Shown here: positions 39,401 to 52,794 of the stretch, in pieces
Position numbering within the stretch: position 1 is the stretch's first letter
Layout: each line of letters begins with the position of its first letter
Origin: Glycera tridactyla
Lineage: Eukaryota
DNA length: 64,000 nt
Direction of reading: 5' to 3'
Assembly: GCA_965644265.1 (NCBI GenBank)
Contig: OZ286473.1
Coordinates: 81,592,001-81,656,000 of the forward strand
Program-made: the position numbers and the translations under genes
Notes under the pieces: generated by a model
The model's input: only the letters and a program-made list of their open reading frames with translations
What the model was told of the DNA's origin: nothing
Database searches by the model: none

Positions 39401-42400
39401 ATTACGATAGGTGATATCAATTATATCTGGTGTCGTGAAATATAAACAAGGCATCACAATGATGAAATATCATCACTGAAGACAACCCAAATGACCAATC
39501 CTATGGCACATATTCAAATTATATATTATCGGAGGGGCATTTGGATTGTATAATGGTCTCTCGACATAACAATATCATGAAGCGTCTCCTCTATTTCAGT
39601 GAATCCACTTCATCCCTAGGCTTTTGACTCCCACCATGAACATATCAATGCTGATTTGACAGACTTGATGTGCTTATAATAAAACAAATGAAAGCAAAAT
39701 GAAAGCAATACTACTACGGAAATGGTGCTGTGTTGAGAGGCGGTGACCTCAATGTGTCATGAAATATTATATGTTATATGTGTGTTGTCATGATGATTGT
39801 CACGATGAAGATGGTGACTATGATGATGGAAATGATGAGGATGAGGATGATGACGACGACGAAGATGATGGCGAAGACGATGACTNNNNNNNNNNNNNNN
39901 NNNNNNNNNNNNNNNNNNNNNNNNNNNNNNNNNNNNNNNNNNNNNNNNNNNNNNNNNNNNNNNNNNNNNNNNNNNNNNNNNNNNNNNNNNNNNNNNNNNN
40001 NNNNNNNNNNNNNNNNNGAAGAAGAGAGGACGGGCGATAAAAAGAAGTTAAAAGAGTAAGAGGAGGAATAGGAAAGGGGCTGGCGGAGAAGGAGGGGGGG
40101 GGGGGGGGGAAGAGGGGTCAAAGAGGAAGGGCTCGAAGATAAAGATATATTGGTTGAGGAGTGGAAAGAGGTCAGGAAGAAGAGTAGACAAGAATGGCAG
40201 CTTAAGGGGAGCGAGAGGGGGGAAAGGAGGAGTAGGGACATGACGAGAAGAAAACGTAAAAGGAGATGGTGATGGAGATAACAATGACCAAGGCGTAGAC
40301 AATGAAATGTTGCTGTTTCCCTGATACATGTATATGTGTAATGGGGCAGTGTCAGTTGCAGTGGGAGTGGTAGTGGTAGTGGTCGTGGTATTGGCAATGG
40401 CAGTGACAACAGCAATAATGGTGCATTCAGTACAGGCAGCTGCAAAGGTGCATTTCATTAACCGTACTAATTTACAGAATGATGACATAAATTAACAAAG
40501 AAACACAATTCAGCATATCTATAATATACAAATAATATATACACAATGGCACTCTTTAGGGTTGGCATCGTTATTAAATCATCATCAGTTGTCAAATGTT
40601 CATCGATCATGTATAAAAATATCATACATTGAATTCCATAATTCAATATATATCCACTGATAAGCACCAAAAACATATCAAGATAGTCTACATCTGGTGT
40701 TTTTCAAGGAAGTTTGATCTCACTTTCCGAGAAAACTGATAAGGGAAATGAATATAATAAATTTTGGATGGAATCACACTTTTCATACATGAATCAGTGA
40801 CATATCAGACACATAGATGATTCATATGGGTGTGAAGGATTTCATTTATATTCTGATGTCGTTTTTATGTCTGCTATTCGTTGTTGCATATGCATTAAAA
40901 TTTACAACTTCTATAACAAAATAGTATCGAAATGCATGAGCAGATCATGATTTGTATCCAACAGATGATTTAATAGGTGATATGATGTAAAATATGTCAT
41001 CTAGTATGAATATGTACACAAAAATATACAACACACATTTATATCAAACCGTTTGCAACAGATACCAAGCTCAAAAAAGGTCTACACTATAAACACATCA
41101 TGTACCATACTAACATATCAATTATATACAGATTGGTGTCATCATACTGCTACACTTACAGTAATAACACAGACACAGCTACATTTAGTTCGTAAAAACC
41201 CATATAATAATGCATAAAATGCCCCCTTTCTTGTAAGCTGGTGATCCAATTATAGATAATATCCCATAAGATGAAAACAAACTCCCTGGTTATCATCTTG
41301 AAGCAACTGCAAATTTGTGATTCGTGGTATCCCACAGTCCAAGGGTCTTCTCACTATGATTTGTGATGGGATGGATCAGTATGTCATTGTCTAATGTCCG
41401 TTGGTTAGTGTTGGTATCGTGATAGATATGAGAAAATAGACCCCTGATACTACACATATGATATCAACGTTCTAAGCAACCAGATTCAACAGATAAGGTT
41501 CGAGCAAGACGTGAGACTGAACACATTTTTGCTATGGGAACCTCGCCGAACCATCGTCATGATATGAATACTCTGAATTCTAGACACTCTATTGACCTCT
41601 TATATTGAGTGTAGCAAGCCCACAAGTGAGCTATACTCCAACATGTGTGACAGGTACCATGTCTGATCTATCCGCCATATGATTCAGACCAATTGCCAGT
41701 TTGGATGCTATAGTAGGAGTCTTGATGTGATAAAATCGTAGAATGATTTCATAAAAATACGATTTGTATGACAGCAATAGGAATTGGCAGAATTTCTCTG
41801 ATTTCCCTAGTTTGCCAAGTTCCACTTGTACTTCGTAACTTACCCTTTGACCTCATCTTTAAAGACAAAATCAAAATGGATGGATGGGAAAACTAAAGAT
41901 GGAAAATTACTGAAGGTATCATTGCAGGTGTAAGAGGAATATGGCAAATAGCAAGAGAAGGAGTGGCAGAGTTATGGAAGAGAGTTGTCCACAGACATTC
42001 CAAACTTCGCCTCCATTCACACAAGGATGTTTTTCATCCAGAAAGGCCACCTGCAGAAATGGGATAAAATTGACCATCGATGTCTTGATGCATAAATATG
42101 ATCAAGCGGAAGCATGCAAGTAGAAGCATCAAAATTGGTTTCTCCCCTGGTGATACTCTAGAAACTTGATGATCCCCCAATCATGTATGTTGTAGGTCCA
42201 TCTCACAAAACAGGACGTAGGCTATTGCCCTAGGCCAGTGGCGGGGAGGGGGGTTTGGTGGCGGCTTTCACAAGCATACCTGAGCAATAGGTATTATATT
42301 TTCCCACTATTCAAAAGGTGAATTGGGCTGCAAGGCTGTTGGACGAATGTGGGGAGGGGAGGGGCTCATCCTCTGACAATGACAGATCAACCAGGCTCAG

Positions 42401-42928
42401 CGTAGTTGGTGACATAAACATCAGCAGAATTTCAGCACCACTGCAGCACCGCTGTCATGTGTTTATCTTTACAATCATGGATTTCATCGTTGGTAGAAAT
42501 GAGTGTATTTGCGATTTGAAACAACACGTCCGACACTTTGTGCAAATGATCATTTCTAAGCTGAGCAAAATATATTGCATACACATTTTTCGAGTTAATC
42601 ATATCCTAGTTGATAGTTACCGCTCATAAAATACTGCTATAGAAGAGCTGCAACTCGACAGTTTCCCTCAAACTTCTCTCAACTGGTGTGTATTATCCAC
42701 AGTTTGATACACGGAACACTTATAAATAAGAAAAAGCAAGCAAATTGGACAATAAATCACTGAATTTTGCAGCTTACCCTAACAAAATCCATCTAAGTTG
42801 CATATTTCTGTGATTTCCTGCCATATTTTACTTTGAATTTTCTGGATTTTTTGAGCCAGCAGTCAGCAAAAAGCTCCTCTTCGGAAGCTGATGTTATTTG
42901 GTTTTTTTTACCTTATCTAACTTCCTGC

Positions 42929-43120
42929 CTACTCTTCTGATTGACTAGCATGTGTGTCAAAGGAGGGCGAGACAGTGTAGTAGAGCCAGTAGGAAACATT
43001 AAAAAAAAGAAAAGATAGAGGGAAGATTTTGCGAGACGCCTTATCGACATTGGTCGCCTGTTTCTTGCCAGCCGCAATAGTTTTCGGCGCTTTTGGGAGC
43101 TTGACATGATCAGGATCGTG
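42929..43120 (-). CDS. Alternative terminal exon C (distal loop + M4 + C-tail)
   Basis: Acceptor cctatttgtgttttacag, phase 0. HDPDHVKLPKAPKTIAAGKKQATNVDKASRKIFPLSFLFFNVSYWLYYTVSPSFDTHASQSEE*. Confidence 0.9.
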   Translation of the reverse strand, partial: HDPDHVKLPKAPKTIAAGKKQATNVDKASRKIFPLSFLFFNVSYWLYYTVSPSFDTHASQSEE

Positions 43121-43438
43121 CTGTAAAACACAAATAGGATAGGTACTTGGTAACACAGGTAGAACGGTATACACCCTGCCAAGGGTAGAGTGATTTACAC
43201 CCTATAAACTCACGTAGAAGGGGTTACATCCCCCTAATCTTAATTCTAATGATTATCTTTGTATCTATTACCTTGTTAACTGCATTAGAATGATATGCAA
43301 GTCTTAAACTGAGTATATGTCTAATTCTAAAAAACCCTAACCTGAACAATTCCCATGCCAACATCACAAAATTATTTTAGATAGTAGATACGCCCTGGAG
43401 GTACTCCCGTCAGCCTCTCCCTGATAATGGGAGCAGGG

Positions 43439-43624
43439 TTATACCTCCTGAGCCTCATTCTCATTCGAGGATATTGTGTAATACAACCAATACACCACAT
43501 TGAAGAAGAGGAAGCTCAGAGGAAAAGCTTTGCGAGAAGATTTGTCGATGTTGGTTGCTTTTCTCTTGCCAGCAGGATCGACTGTTTTGGGTGCTCTTGG
43601 AAGCTGCACATGATCGGGATCTTG
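43439..43624 (-). CDS. Alternative terminal exon B (distal loop + M4 + C-tail)
   Basis: Acceptor ccttattgtgtttacag, phase 0. QDPDHVQLPRAPKTVDPAGKRKATNIDKSSRKAFPLSFLFFNVVYWLYYTISSNENEAQEV*. Confidence 0.92.
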   Translation of the reverse strand, partial: QDPDHVQLPRAPKTVDPAGKRKATNIDKSSRKAFPLSFLFFNVVYWLYYTISSNENEAQEV

Positions 43625-45011
43625 CTGTAAACACAATAAGGAATTCGGTATTACCCCTCAAAAGAAAGCTATATATTCATAGTATCATCAAAGTAATGTT
43701 GTAGACACAATATGCAATTGAGCATCGCCCATTAGAAGAGAGATATAAGCTCATAAAGCATCATACAAATTTGGATATTTTATGAGACTAGGATACTATT
43801 GGTGCAGATGAAGAATATGGTGCGTCAATGCAACTACCAATTCTGCCAAGTTTGGTCTGATTTGTTCCAAATTTCAGATCATTCAAGATTTTTTCAATAT
43901 ATAAAGGTGACTCATTGAGAGCAATGCCTTTCCACATTTGGACTCGACAGCTTATTGTCTCCTTTAGCGATCATAATGATGTCTCCTTCCTTCATTAAAT
44001 ATCATTAAATATAAAAAGAATGGATAGAGGCGATTCATCTGTACTCTTGTTTTCATTACTCTTAAGTCAGGTCACTGAAGTATAATATGAAAATCTATGA
44101 CAATTTTGAAATTCCTGAATGACCCTTTTTGACAATAAAACGGGTAATCTCAACCAAGAATATAACATGAACTATCTTAACAAACTTAATACGGGGAAAC
44201 TATTTTCAAGGAGTAATTAACTTACTAAGTACAAATCATGGTATATGGATTTGCATGAATAGTTGATCCTTCAACTGGCAAAGTCCAGGGTGATGCAGGC
44301 ATAGGGTAATCTAAGTTATCTTCTCCACTGCTCAAACTATATATTAGGATAAACACATCCTCCTCACGTCATGCAGTGTTAGTGAACTAATTTATATGTA
44401 TATATGTCAACTGGATATGACGGCTTCTAGGTGACTATGGTGTATCTAATCCTCTCCTACTCTCAGCATACTTAGTATTCATGGTTGCAGGCCACACTGT
44501 TAGTTCAACAAATACCTCTCTATGACCACTGCAAACATTCCAGGCACATTTGATATAGTTTGTTTAGTTTGATTGAAAGCCCATGCAATGAACATGAGTG
44601 GGATCATTTGAGACTTCTCCTCTTTGATCCCCAACAGAAGGGGAACATCGGAGAAAATTCCAGACACCTAATTTCCCATCTATAAATCACCTTTGATGGA
44701 GAAAGAGATTTCCATTGAGTCTGTCAAAAGCTAGTTCTTTTCAATTATGATTATATCATCCTCAAATCAACTCAAATACTTGATTGATGAGTGGATATTC
44801 AAAGTTTCAGAGAAGCCAAAGCAATCGAAATGAGTGGATGTATTCAACATGCTTCCTTCTAGGTCCCCATTGGAAGGAGAAACATAAATTGACACAAATG
44901 GGATATTGGGAATGTAAGAAAATTGCCTGTCTCTGAATAGCCATATTGAAATATTTGTGGATTGAATCGGAGTTGATGTGCTCACCTCAGAGGGATGAAG
45001 CCAGGCCCTAA

Positions 45012-45047
45012 CATCATCATCAGCATCAGCATCAGCATCAGCATCAG

Positions 45048-45079
<32 letters not shown>
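45012..45079. repeat. Compound (AGCATC)n/(ATC)n microsatellite
   Basis: Direct reading. Confidence 0.95.
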
Positions 45080-47748
45080 CCACATGCATTTCGATCATGC
45101 TTGTGCATCAGTCGGGTAGTTGCAGAGGAATAGCAAGCGCGACAAATCTTCCCCGCTCAAAAAAACTCTCAAAACAAACTCGTTCGAACAAAGCCGGGGC
45201 ACACGGCAATACGTGTGCCAGCCTCAGCGTATTCCCCTCCTCTGACAAGCATGATCTCTGGCAACACATGGATGGATATCACTCCAAGATGACGAAAATG
45301 GCTATATATGTATCAGTTGTTATATTTCACCAGGTAGGGAAAAGGATGGGAAGGGATTGTTATGAATCCTAGGGTCTGGTGTAGTCACGACGCAAAATTT
45401 ACCACAAAAACACTTGGCTCTACATGTCTTTATAGAAAGATTATCATCTTGACAAAAATGAAAAATCAGATACCGATGGATAATTTTCTCACCGATTTGT
45501 AAACTGTCTAATCCAAGATGATTGATTTCAGAGAAATTTTCATAGCCGATGAATCAACATCGGGATTTCATTTGACATAGTTCATGCAATCTTCAGTCTG
45601 CGTCACCCTGGATTTCACTCATATTTTGATGTTCGTGACCAGGGCTAATACAATGTTCACATATCAGACAAGGTCGAACAGACCAACTTGGAAGAACTGT
45701 GTGCAGTTGTCTTATTGCTCATTGTATACATTGTTTACTTACGAGAAGAAATAAAGTTTAATGAATTGAATTGAATTGAATTGAACTGTCAGCAACATGA
45801 CTCATTCCTCTGAGAAGGTGAGAATATCAGATTGGTGTTGAATGCTGGATGAAGGAACCCGAGTGTAGGCCCAGAAATCATGCTGGTCAGCGGAGGGGAC
45901 TGGGTATAGCTATAGCAAGGCTATACTCGTTAGTAGAAGCGGTCAGCAGGGGTTTACATGAGTATATACGTATATCATCTTCCCTCCAGCAGTTATAGCA
46001 GTGTTTACTATAGCAGTCAGTATCTAGATATCTCCCAACTGTTACCATGTATCAGACAGAATGACCCTGTACGCGGTAAATGGGTGTCACACTACCGTCA
46101 ACCATTTGCGTTTGTTCGGGTTTAATGGCAGATACCAGCCCAAATCTCCTTTAACGTTTGGACTGTCTAATTCACAGTAGAAAGAAGATCAGAGAGAAAC
46201 AAAAGAGCAGAATTCAGGTGAGACAAAAATAAAACTACACTCTTTCACCTCATACATAAAAAATGACGATACACACCTATCCGATGTACTCATAAAGATA
46301 AGCATATACTCCAATATGATGCACCCCATACATCCCAGAATGATCGCCACACATACACAGTCATGCAGACGCTCTCTTGTACATAGCTGAGTCTACACAT
46401 CGTCATGTACAAAGGCTTTCTCTCACATCACCTAGCGCTTGTCACAGGATTCCCCCCGTCACATGAGGCAAATCTCCCCCTCCCCTCCGACTCAATTCTC
46501 ATCTTCAAGCGGCATAGCCCCAGTGCCATCCCCTTGTATCATTTCACCTTTGATAAGCTTTCATACTCTTGTCTGAATAGGTGGAAGGAGTTTACTACAC
46601 TTAACTGAATTCACAGGCAGAGAGGGCCAGGATAGTCCTCAGTACCCCAAACACAGCATAGTCAATTCAGTGTAAATAGTACTGACAAGATTGCGATAGT
46701 TTGCAATTTGGATGCCTATATTTGCAAACCCAAGGACAGACTCAGATGATCCTGGCTACATTTCGAGCCTAATCATCATCTGGAATGAACCTCCACAGTT
46801 GTATTGATGAAGTAAATGGCTGGAAGTTTCGGGTTAAAATATCATCCTTTAGCAATCTCACATGAAACAGATATCTGGCCTATCAACTATTCCTCAGATT
46901 TGCTAAAAATGTATATTTGTATACAGTATTGATATGACGTAGAATTTGTTCAACTCACATGATAGAACCACATATCAGCTTACTAATCTGATTTCCGAAA
47001 TACTGTCATGTGAATCATTTTTTCTAGATTATCGAATCATCACCTGTTTTTATGAGCTTGTGCGACCTGTTCATTTTTTAACTGTGGTGCAATGGGTGCT
47101 AGTACTCTACAGAATGGGGACTTCAAAAACCGACCAAAGATATAATTAAAAGGATGACAACACATTCCTGTTACCAATGACTGGCCTGAATTTCTCCCAA
47201 CCCTCAAACAGCTTTATCAATGAAAATACTTCAAATGTTTGCACAAGGATCCATGAATGTAAAAAAAGCGTCTGATCGCATCAGGATGTGCAAGGTCAAG
47301 GTCATCCACACAATATTGATTGTTCATGGGATATGTTCAGTGGGGAACAAACCCAGGCAGCCCATTTAGGAATGTGAAATATGAAATGAACACAAGAAAT
47401 AGACATCCAGAAACAATAATGAAATATACATCTATGCTGCGCACCTACAACTGAAGAAGGATGGCGTCACTTGAGGCTAGATGCTGCGCGCGCACACCAC
47501 TGGCGTGAGATGTCACGTGACGTCACGTACAAGCCTCACAGCCTGGTCCTGTCAGCGCCTGATTCTATGCGCATGCGCTTGCTCCATCACAGGGGTGGGA
47601 TGATTATGAACACAGGTTTAAGGCACAGAAGGGTTAGTAGGCATCCACATCGGTATAGAAGAAATCCCAAAGGTTTTCTCTTCAGTAAGTGAGAGTTGTT
47701 TATGTGTGCGTCAGTCAGAGTGTTGTTGTCGCTAGACGCTAGGTGTCG

Positions 47749-47940
47749 CTACATTCCGTCAGGGCCCGATGTAGGCACAGTGTACATGATCCAGTAGACG
47801 ATGAGGAAGACCAGGAATATTAAGGGGAATATTTTGCGCGCTGCACTATCAACCTGCGCAGCTTTGAGCTTGCCTGCAGGATCGACCACCCGCGGCGCTT
47901 CCGGGCATGCGCGCCCCCTACCATTAGGCACTATATTAAT
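47749..47940 (-). CDS. Alternative terminal exon A (distal M3-M4 loop + M4 + C-tail)
   Basis: Acceptor tcttgcttgcag, phase 0. INIVPNGRGRACPEAPRVVDPAGKLKAAQVDSAARKIFPLIFLVFLIVYWIMYTVPTSGPDGM*. Confidence 0.92.
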   Translation of the reverse strand: MNIVPNGRGRACPEAPRVVDPAGKLKAAQVDSAARKIFPLIFLVFLIVYWIMYTVPTSGPDGM

Positions 47941-50900
47941 CTGCAAGCAAGACATGCAGGGCTACATCAGTCGCCATCTAGCGTTACACGCACATAACTA
48001 CCACCGCCTTTAGAATACAACATGATATCCTCGGAGATTCCACCCAATTACTTCACCATCCTCTCCTGATGGTTGCCAGATGGCATCCAAACAAGATGAG
48101 AATTCAGAAGAGCACTCACATACTTTGCTTGTCCACTAACCCATGGGCCTCAGTTGGCCTATTGAGACGCGCATACAGTGGGCAATTATGGAATCATTAA
48201 GCATATGCCCATTGCGAGGTAAATTTCTGTGGATATGTATACAGACTCGGAAAGGTATGGCCCCTTATAATAATCACGAGTTGTAATCAGGGGTCAAATG
48301 ACCTATAACACTAGATAATCAACTCGCTCATTCATAATCACCCTCATAAATGTGCACAAATTACCTCTGCGATGGTAACCTGTTCAAATTAAATCTATTT
48401 TGCAGCATAAGGACAACTCATTAGGTAATAGGTGTTTATACCTGAATGATACATCTAAGGGTAGTTTCGGTGAATGAACTCGAATGTTGTTGTTCGGGCA
48501 GGATTCTGGTGATAGCCACATATGAATGCTTCCGAATTGAGAGGATCAGGAGTCAGAACCATCGGATAATATATCACAGGATTTGGACCTCTTCGCATGA
48601 AATTTCTGATTAGCGTATTCAAACTGGTTGAATGTCGCCCCATGGTGCTAGATATTTGAAAATGGGCGTTGATTTAAGAAAACTAGTATTCATTTCAAGG
48701 GAAGTAAAACCTTTCTCGGATATCATGTTGGATTTTGACGGAGGCGAGATACATTGAAACGTGTGGTGGGAAACCACCTCCGACAGGAGACCACTTTTTC
48801 GCGGCACAATTTTTTTTGACACAGGCGAAATTTGCCCAAGGTGGATGACCACCGCTTTCGAAATACGGCTTAAAGAAGATACTGAGAATGGTCTCGCACC
48901 ACAGGTTTCACTGTAGTTGAAACTGAGCTCATTGCTTGCTTTCATTCATTATTTGTGCGATATCTTTTCTACGATATAATACCGGCATTAGATTCTAAAT
49001 TCAATACAATATGTACATATCCAGCAAAACGACTCAGAATGAAATGGTCGTAATATTATAATATCACAACAATATTTTTCATATATATCATTTGACAATG
49101 AGGAGACTCCAAACTTTCTTTGCATATGGTAAGAGTCATTACATTTCTGAAATTCTTCTGCCAGTCGTAATCAGCCAACAAGGCATGCCAATACACAGTT
49201 GTGAATATATTTCTGCCACATTAATTGTGGAAAACCTTCCATATTAATCCAAGAAAACAGGGTTGCCGCTGAAAGTTGGAAGATTTCGAGTTTGGTGGTC
49301 GACTACAATATGATATGTTCATCTCTGGCATGAATATGTATCAGGAAAAAACGTGACTGGGTCTGGCTTTCCACGAAGCGGCAGATGATATCAAATTAGG
49401 GTGGTTCAACAGTCTGACTAGGAGTGCATGAAAGCAATACAGACATATCTAAAAAGAGATATCATCTTTCCAATTTCCTTCTACAACAAAGCGAATGAGC
49501 TCAGAGGTTATTGCTAATGCGTGCACATGTCCAAAATTTTACATGATCAGAGATTTCACCTTCTGTCCCTTTCTCCCAAAACTTCGATATCAGAAGTAAA
49601 AAGGCGGAGACGCAAAGAAGCCACAATAATATTTGATTGTGTTGAAGCAGGATTTCGACGAAAGAGAACTGCCGTAAAACGTGGAAAAGGGCCACAATGT
49701 TCAAGTGGAAATCTCTCAATATTAGTTTTGGGATGGCGATTGGGTAGAACATAATCTTGGGCAGAAAAACCTTACGCTCGAAAGGCAACAAGATTCACCC
49801 CCGAAACTATTGCTAAACAATACTATGTAGCACATTTCACTTGAAACAGGGACATGCAAAACGCACACAAGACTAATATATAGTGATTGGAATTCTTCAT
49901 TTGAAATCTGTATCTGAAGCTCAGGAAGAGCCTCAAAATACAGAACAAAAATGAAATTCCAACGATATATTTATCACGGGACAGAAAGTGAACGTCTCTA
50001 TGGTAGCTCTAGGATATATTCCACCATACTAACACCGGTTAAATGAATAAAATATAGGTCTGCACATAGCGATTGGGTTTCAGCATGCACTATTCAAGAC
50101 AATGGGGAGTTTTGAGACATTTATGAGAAAATGAAGTACTTCCTCTGGAAGTACGATGTCGGCGTAATGAAGACCTAATGAAACAAACGTGACATCTAGC
50201 GATGAACTGGAATTGATCAAAGGCGACATCTAGTGTAATTTTCAGCAAAAATTGCATACGCTAGATGTCACTGGTTTGTACGAAACCAAAAAATAATAGA
50301 TGTCATGTTTTACATGAATACCCATCTATCAAAACATTGAGAATTGAATATGAGGCAGAGATCTTGCTTCTATGTTGATCGATGGGCAAGTATTTCTGAA
50401 TTGGGACACGTGGTGATGGTAATATTATTTCAAATTCATTGAGAAATTTTCACAGAAGCTCTAGGACGGGACGGGAAGGAATAGTGGCATGAATGGAATG
50501 ATCTCAAGTACAATTTCCAAAACTTATTTGCAATTTCAACCCATGCAGAGTTAACAGCCTAGATCAAATCTAGCACACAGCCGGGCTGTCTCACTGTTAA
50601 TATTTATTATGACGTCACAGCCAGTTGCTATGAGTTGCTGAGGACAGTTACAATAGGGTCATGCAGAGGGCATCAGATCTCCATAGCAACGACATAATTA
50701 TCATGGCTGCTCTTAGTATATGAATTATGGAAGGATTTAAGTGACACAAGTGAGCTACGTGCTCAATATAGCTCGTCTCGAGACGGGGATTTGTTCACAT
50801 ATCACACAAATCTTCCTCCAGATTAATGGAATGACATTACCTCTTCAGAACTACAAGATATTCTTTAATGGAGGGTGAATTGATCTTGGTTGTGTTGGTA

Positions 50901-51249
50901 ATACCCGATGAACAATTCCAACGAATGTATCTATGCACAACAATCAATTTCACTTTTTTCATGCCCTTTTTTGCGATTCTATTTCACGTGACTGTAAGTC
51001 GGGAATGGCCTTCCAATTGAAAAAAACCCAGTCTAAATCATTGTCACACCAGTTGTTATGTACACATAACTGATAAATATAAAGGTACTGATCATATGAG
51101 AAGCAATGGTAATTACTTTCGACACTGATTCAGCCCCTGGATGTGATCAGACAAACGCATCCACATGCGCTTGTTACTTGTGACGTTGATGAAAGTATAT
51201 GACGCAACCATTGATGATAACGTGATAACGTGACTTAACCTAAAGTTCA

Positions 51250-51463
51250 GATACGTAGTGCTCAACATGCCCTCGGGAATTTCGAGAATCAAGGGAGAAA
51301 TTAAAAGTGAAATCCTCTGTAGGAATAGTTTACCTTAATGCCAATTAGCAATCCCATTGAGACCAAACTTAGAATTAAGATACGTAGCATTCAATATGCC
51401 CTCAGGGATTTCGAGAATCAAGGGACACATCGAAAGTGAAATCCTCTGTAGGAATAGTTCACC
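51250..51463. repeat. Local direct duplication, period 129 bp
   Basis: GATACGTAG...TTCGAGAATCAAGGGA...AAAGTGAAATCCTCTGTAGGAATAGTT repeated from 51250 and 51379. Confidence 0.85.
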
Positions 51464-52610
51464 CCAATTTCAATACCATGCAGTTGACGGAAGACGACAT
51501 AATCACCGTTATCTAACCCATATGGGGTGTAATATTGTGACAGTACTACACAGATATAGGATATATGCTGTGAGCATATTCCATCACATGCAAACATGCA
51601 TTTCACCAGTTAGATCTGGACTACTGCAGGTGCCCCGAGATCAATGGGGGTAGGGGGTAGTGAGGGGTGGATCGCGGGATATATCCTAAAGCGGAAGTAG
51701 TATTACGTCATCAAGGAAGTGACGTCACATGAATAGTAAACAGAAGCAGCGCAATCATCATTATCATCGATCATGAGAATCTTATGAGTATAGGTCCACC
51801 CTGCTGATCCTGTCTACAAGGTAACAGCTCTTGCATGGATTAGTGGCATCCAGAGATCAGAGGTCAGATAAGTCAGACAGGAGGGGATGCATGAAAGAGG
51901 TCAGATATACAGGGTGCGCGCAGTGTATTGGGTAGGTGGACATGCATTCTGTCTGAGTTGCATTGGATCATCTCTATCCACTGATACTACATGGAAAATT
52001 AGAATCATTTTCGCAACTTATTTGGAAACTCAAAATCGTGAAACTTCGAGTATTTCCTACGATTTCGGCTCAATACTTAATTCCGGAGGAATTTCTCCGA
52101 AGGGTCTGTTCTCATATTATCAACATTATCATTTCNNNNNNNNNNNNNNNNNNNNNNNNNNNNNNNNNNNNNNNNNNNNNNNNNNNNNNNNNNNNNNNNN
52201 NNNNNNNNNNNNNNNNNNNNNNNNNNNNNNNNNNNNNNNNNNNNNNNNNNNNNNNNNNNNNNNNNNNNNNNNNNNNNNNNNNNNNNCAATCGATCGATCG
52301 ATCAATCAATCAATCAATCAATCGATGAAACGTTCATACAATCAAATGCCTATAATGCCAATGACCAAGCATACTCAAGGAGCAATTTAAGAAAGGGTAT
52401 CAGGAATAATTTCCACTGCAACTCAGTAAAATGAGTCCTTATATAGGTAGACAATAGAGCAATGGCGCTATAGAAATACGCAAAAGTTGCTGCAACCTGA
52501 AAGATGAAAATCGAATGAGACAGCAAAGAATGCGCAGTGATACAGAGCGGAAATAGAAGAGCAGTTCGCCAGGCGCACAACAGAGCATCATGGGTTGAGA
52601 GACCGACTCC

Positions 52611-52746
52611 AAAACTCATGAGATTACGCAAAAACTCATGAGAGTATTCAAAAACTCGTGAGAGTATTAAAAAACTCATGAGTGTATTCTAGAACTCATG
52701 AGAGTATTAAAAAACTCATGAGTGTATTCAAAAACTCATGAGAGTG
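52611..52746. repeat. 20-bp minisatellite, about 7 copies
   Basis: Unit AAAACTCATGAGAGTATTCA with point variants. No spacers. Confidence 0.9.
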
Positions 52747-52794
52747 TGTCGATCAGCATTGAGGAGAGTGCCAGTCCGAATTCCATAAAGTTGG

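Noticed and set aside
52611-52746. CRISPR-like array
   Set aside because: Eukaryotic context and head-to-tail repeats with no unique spacers.
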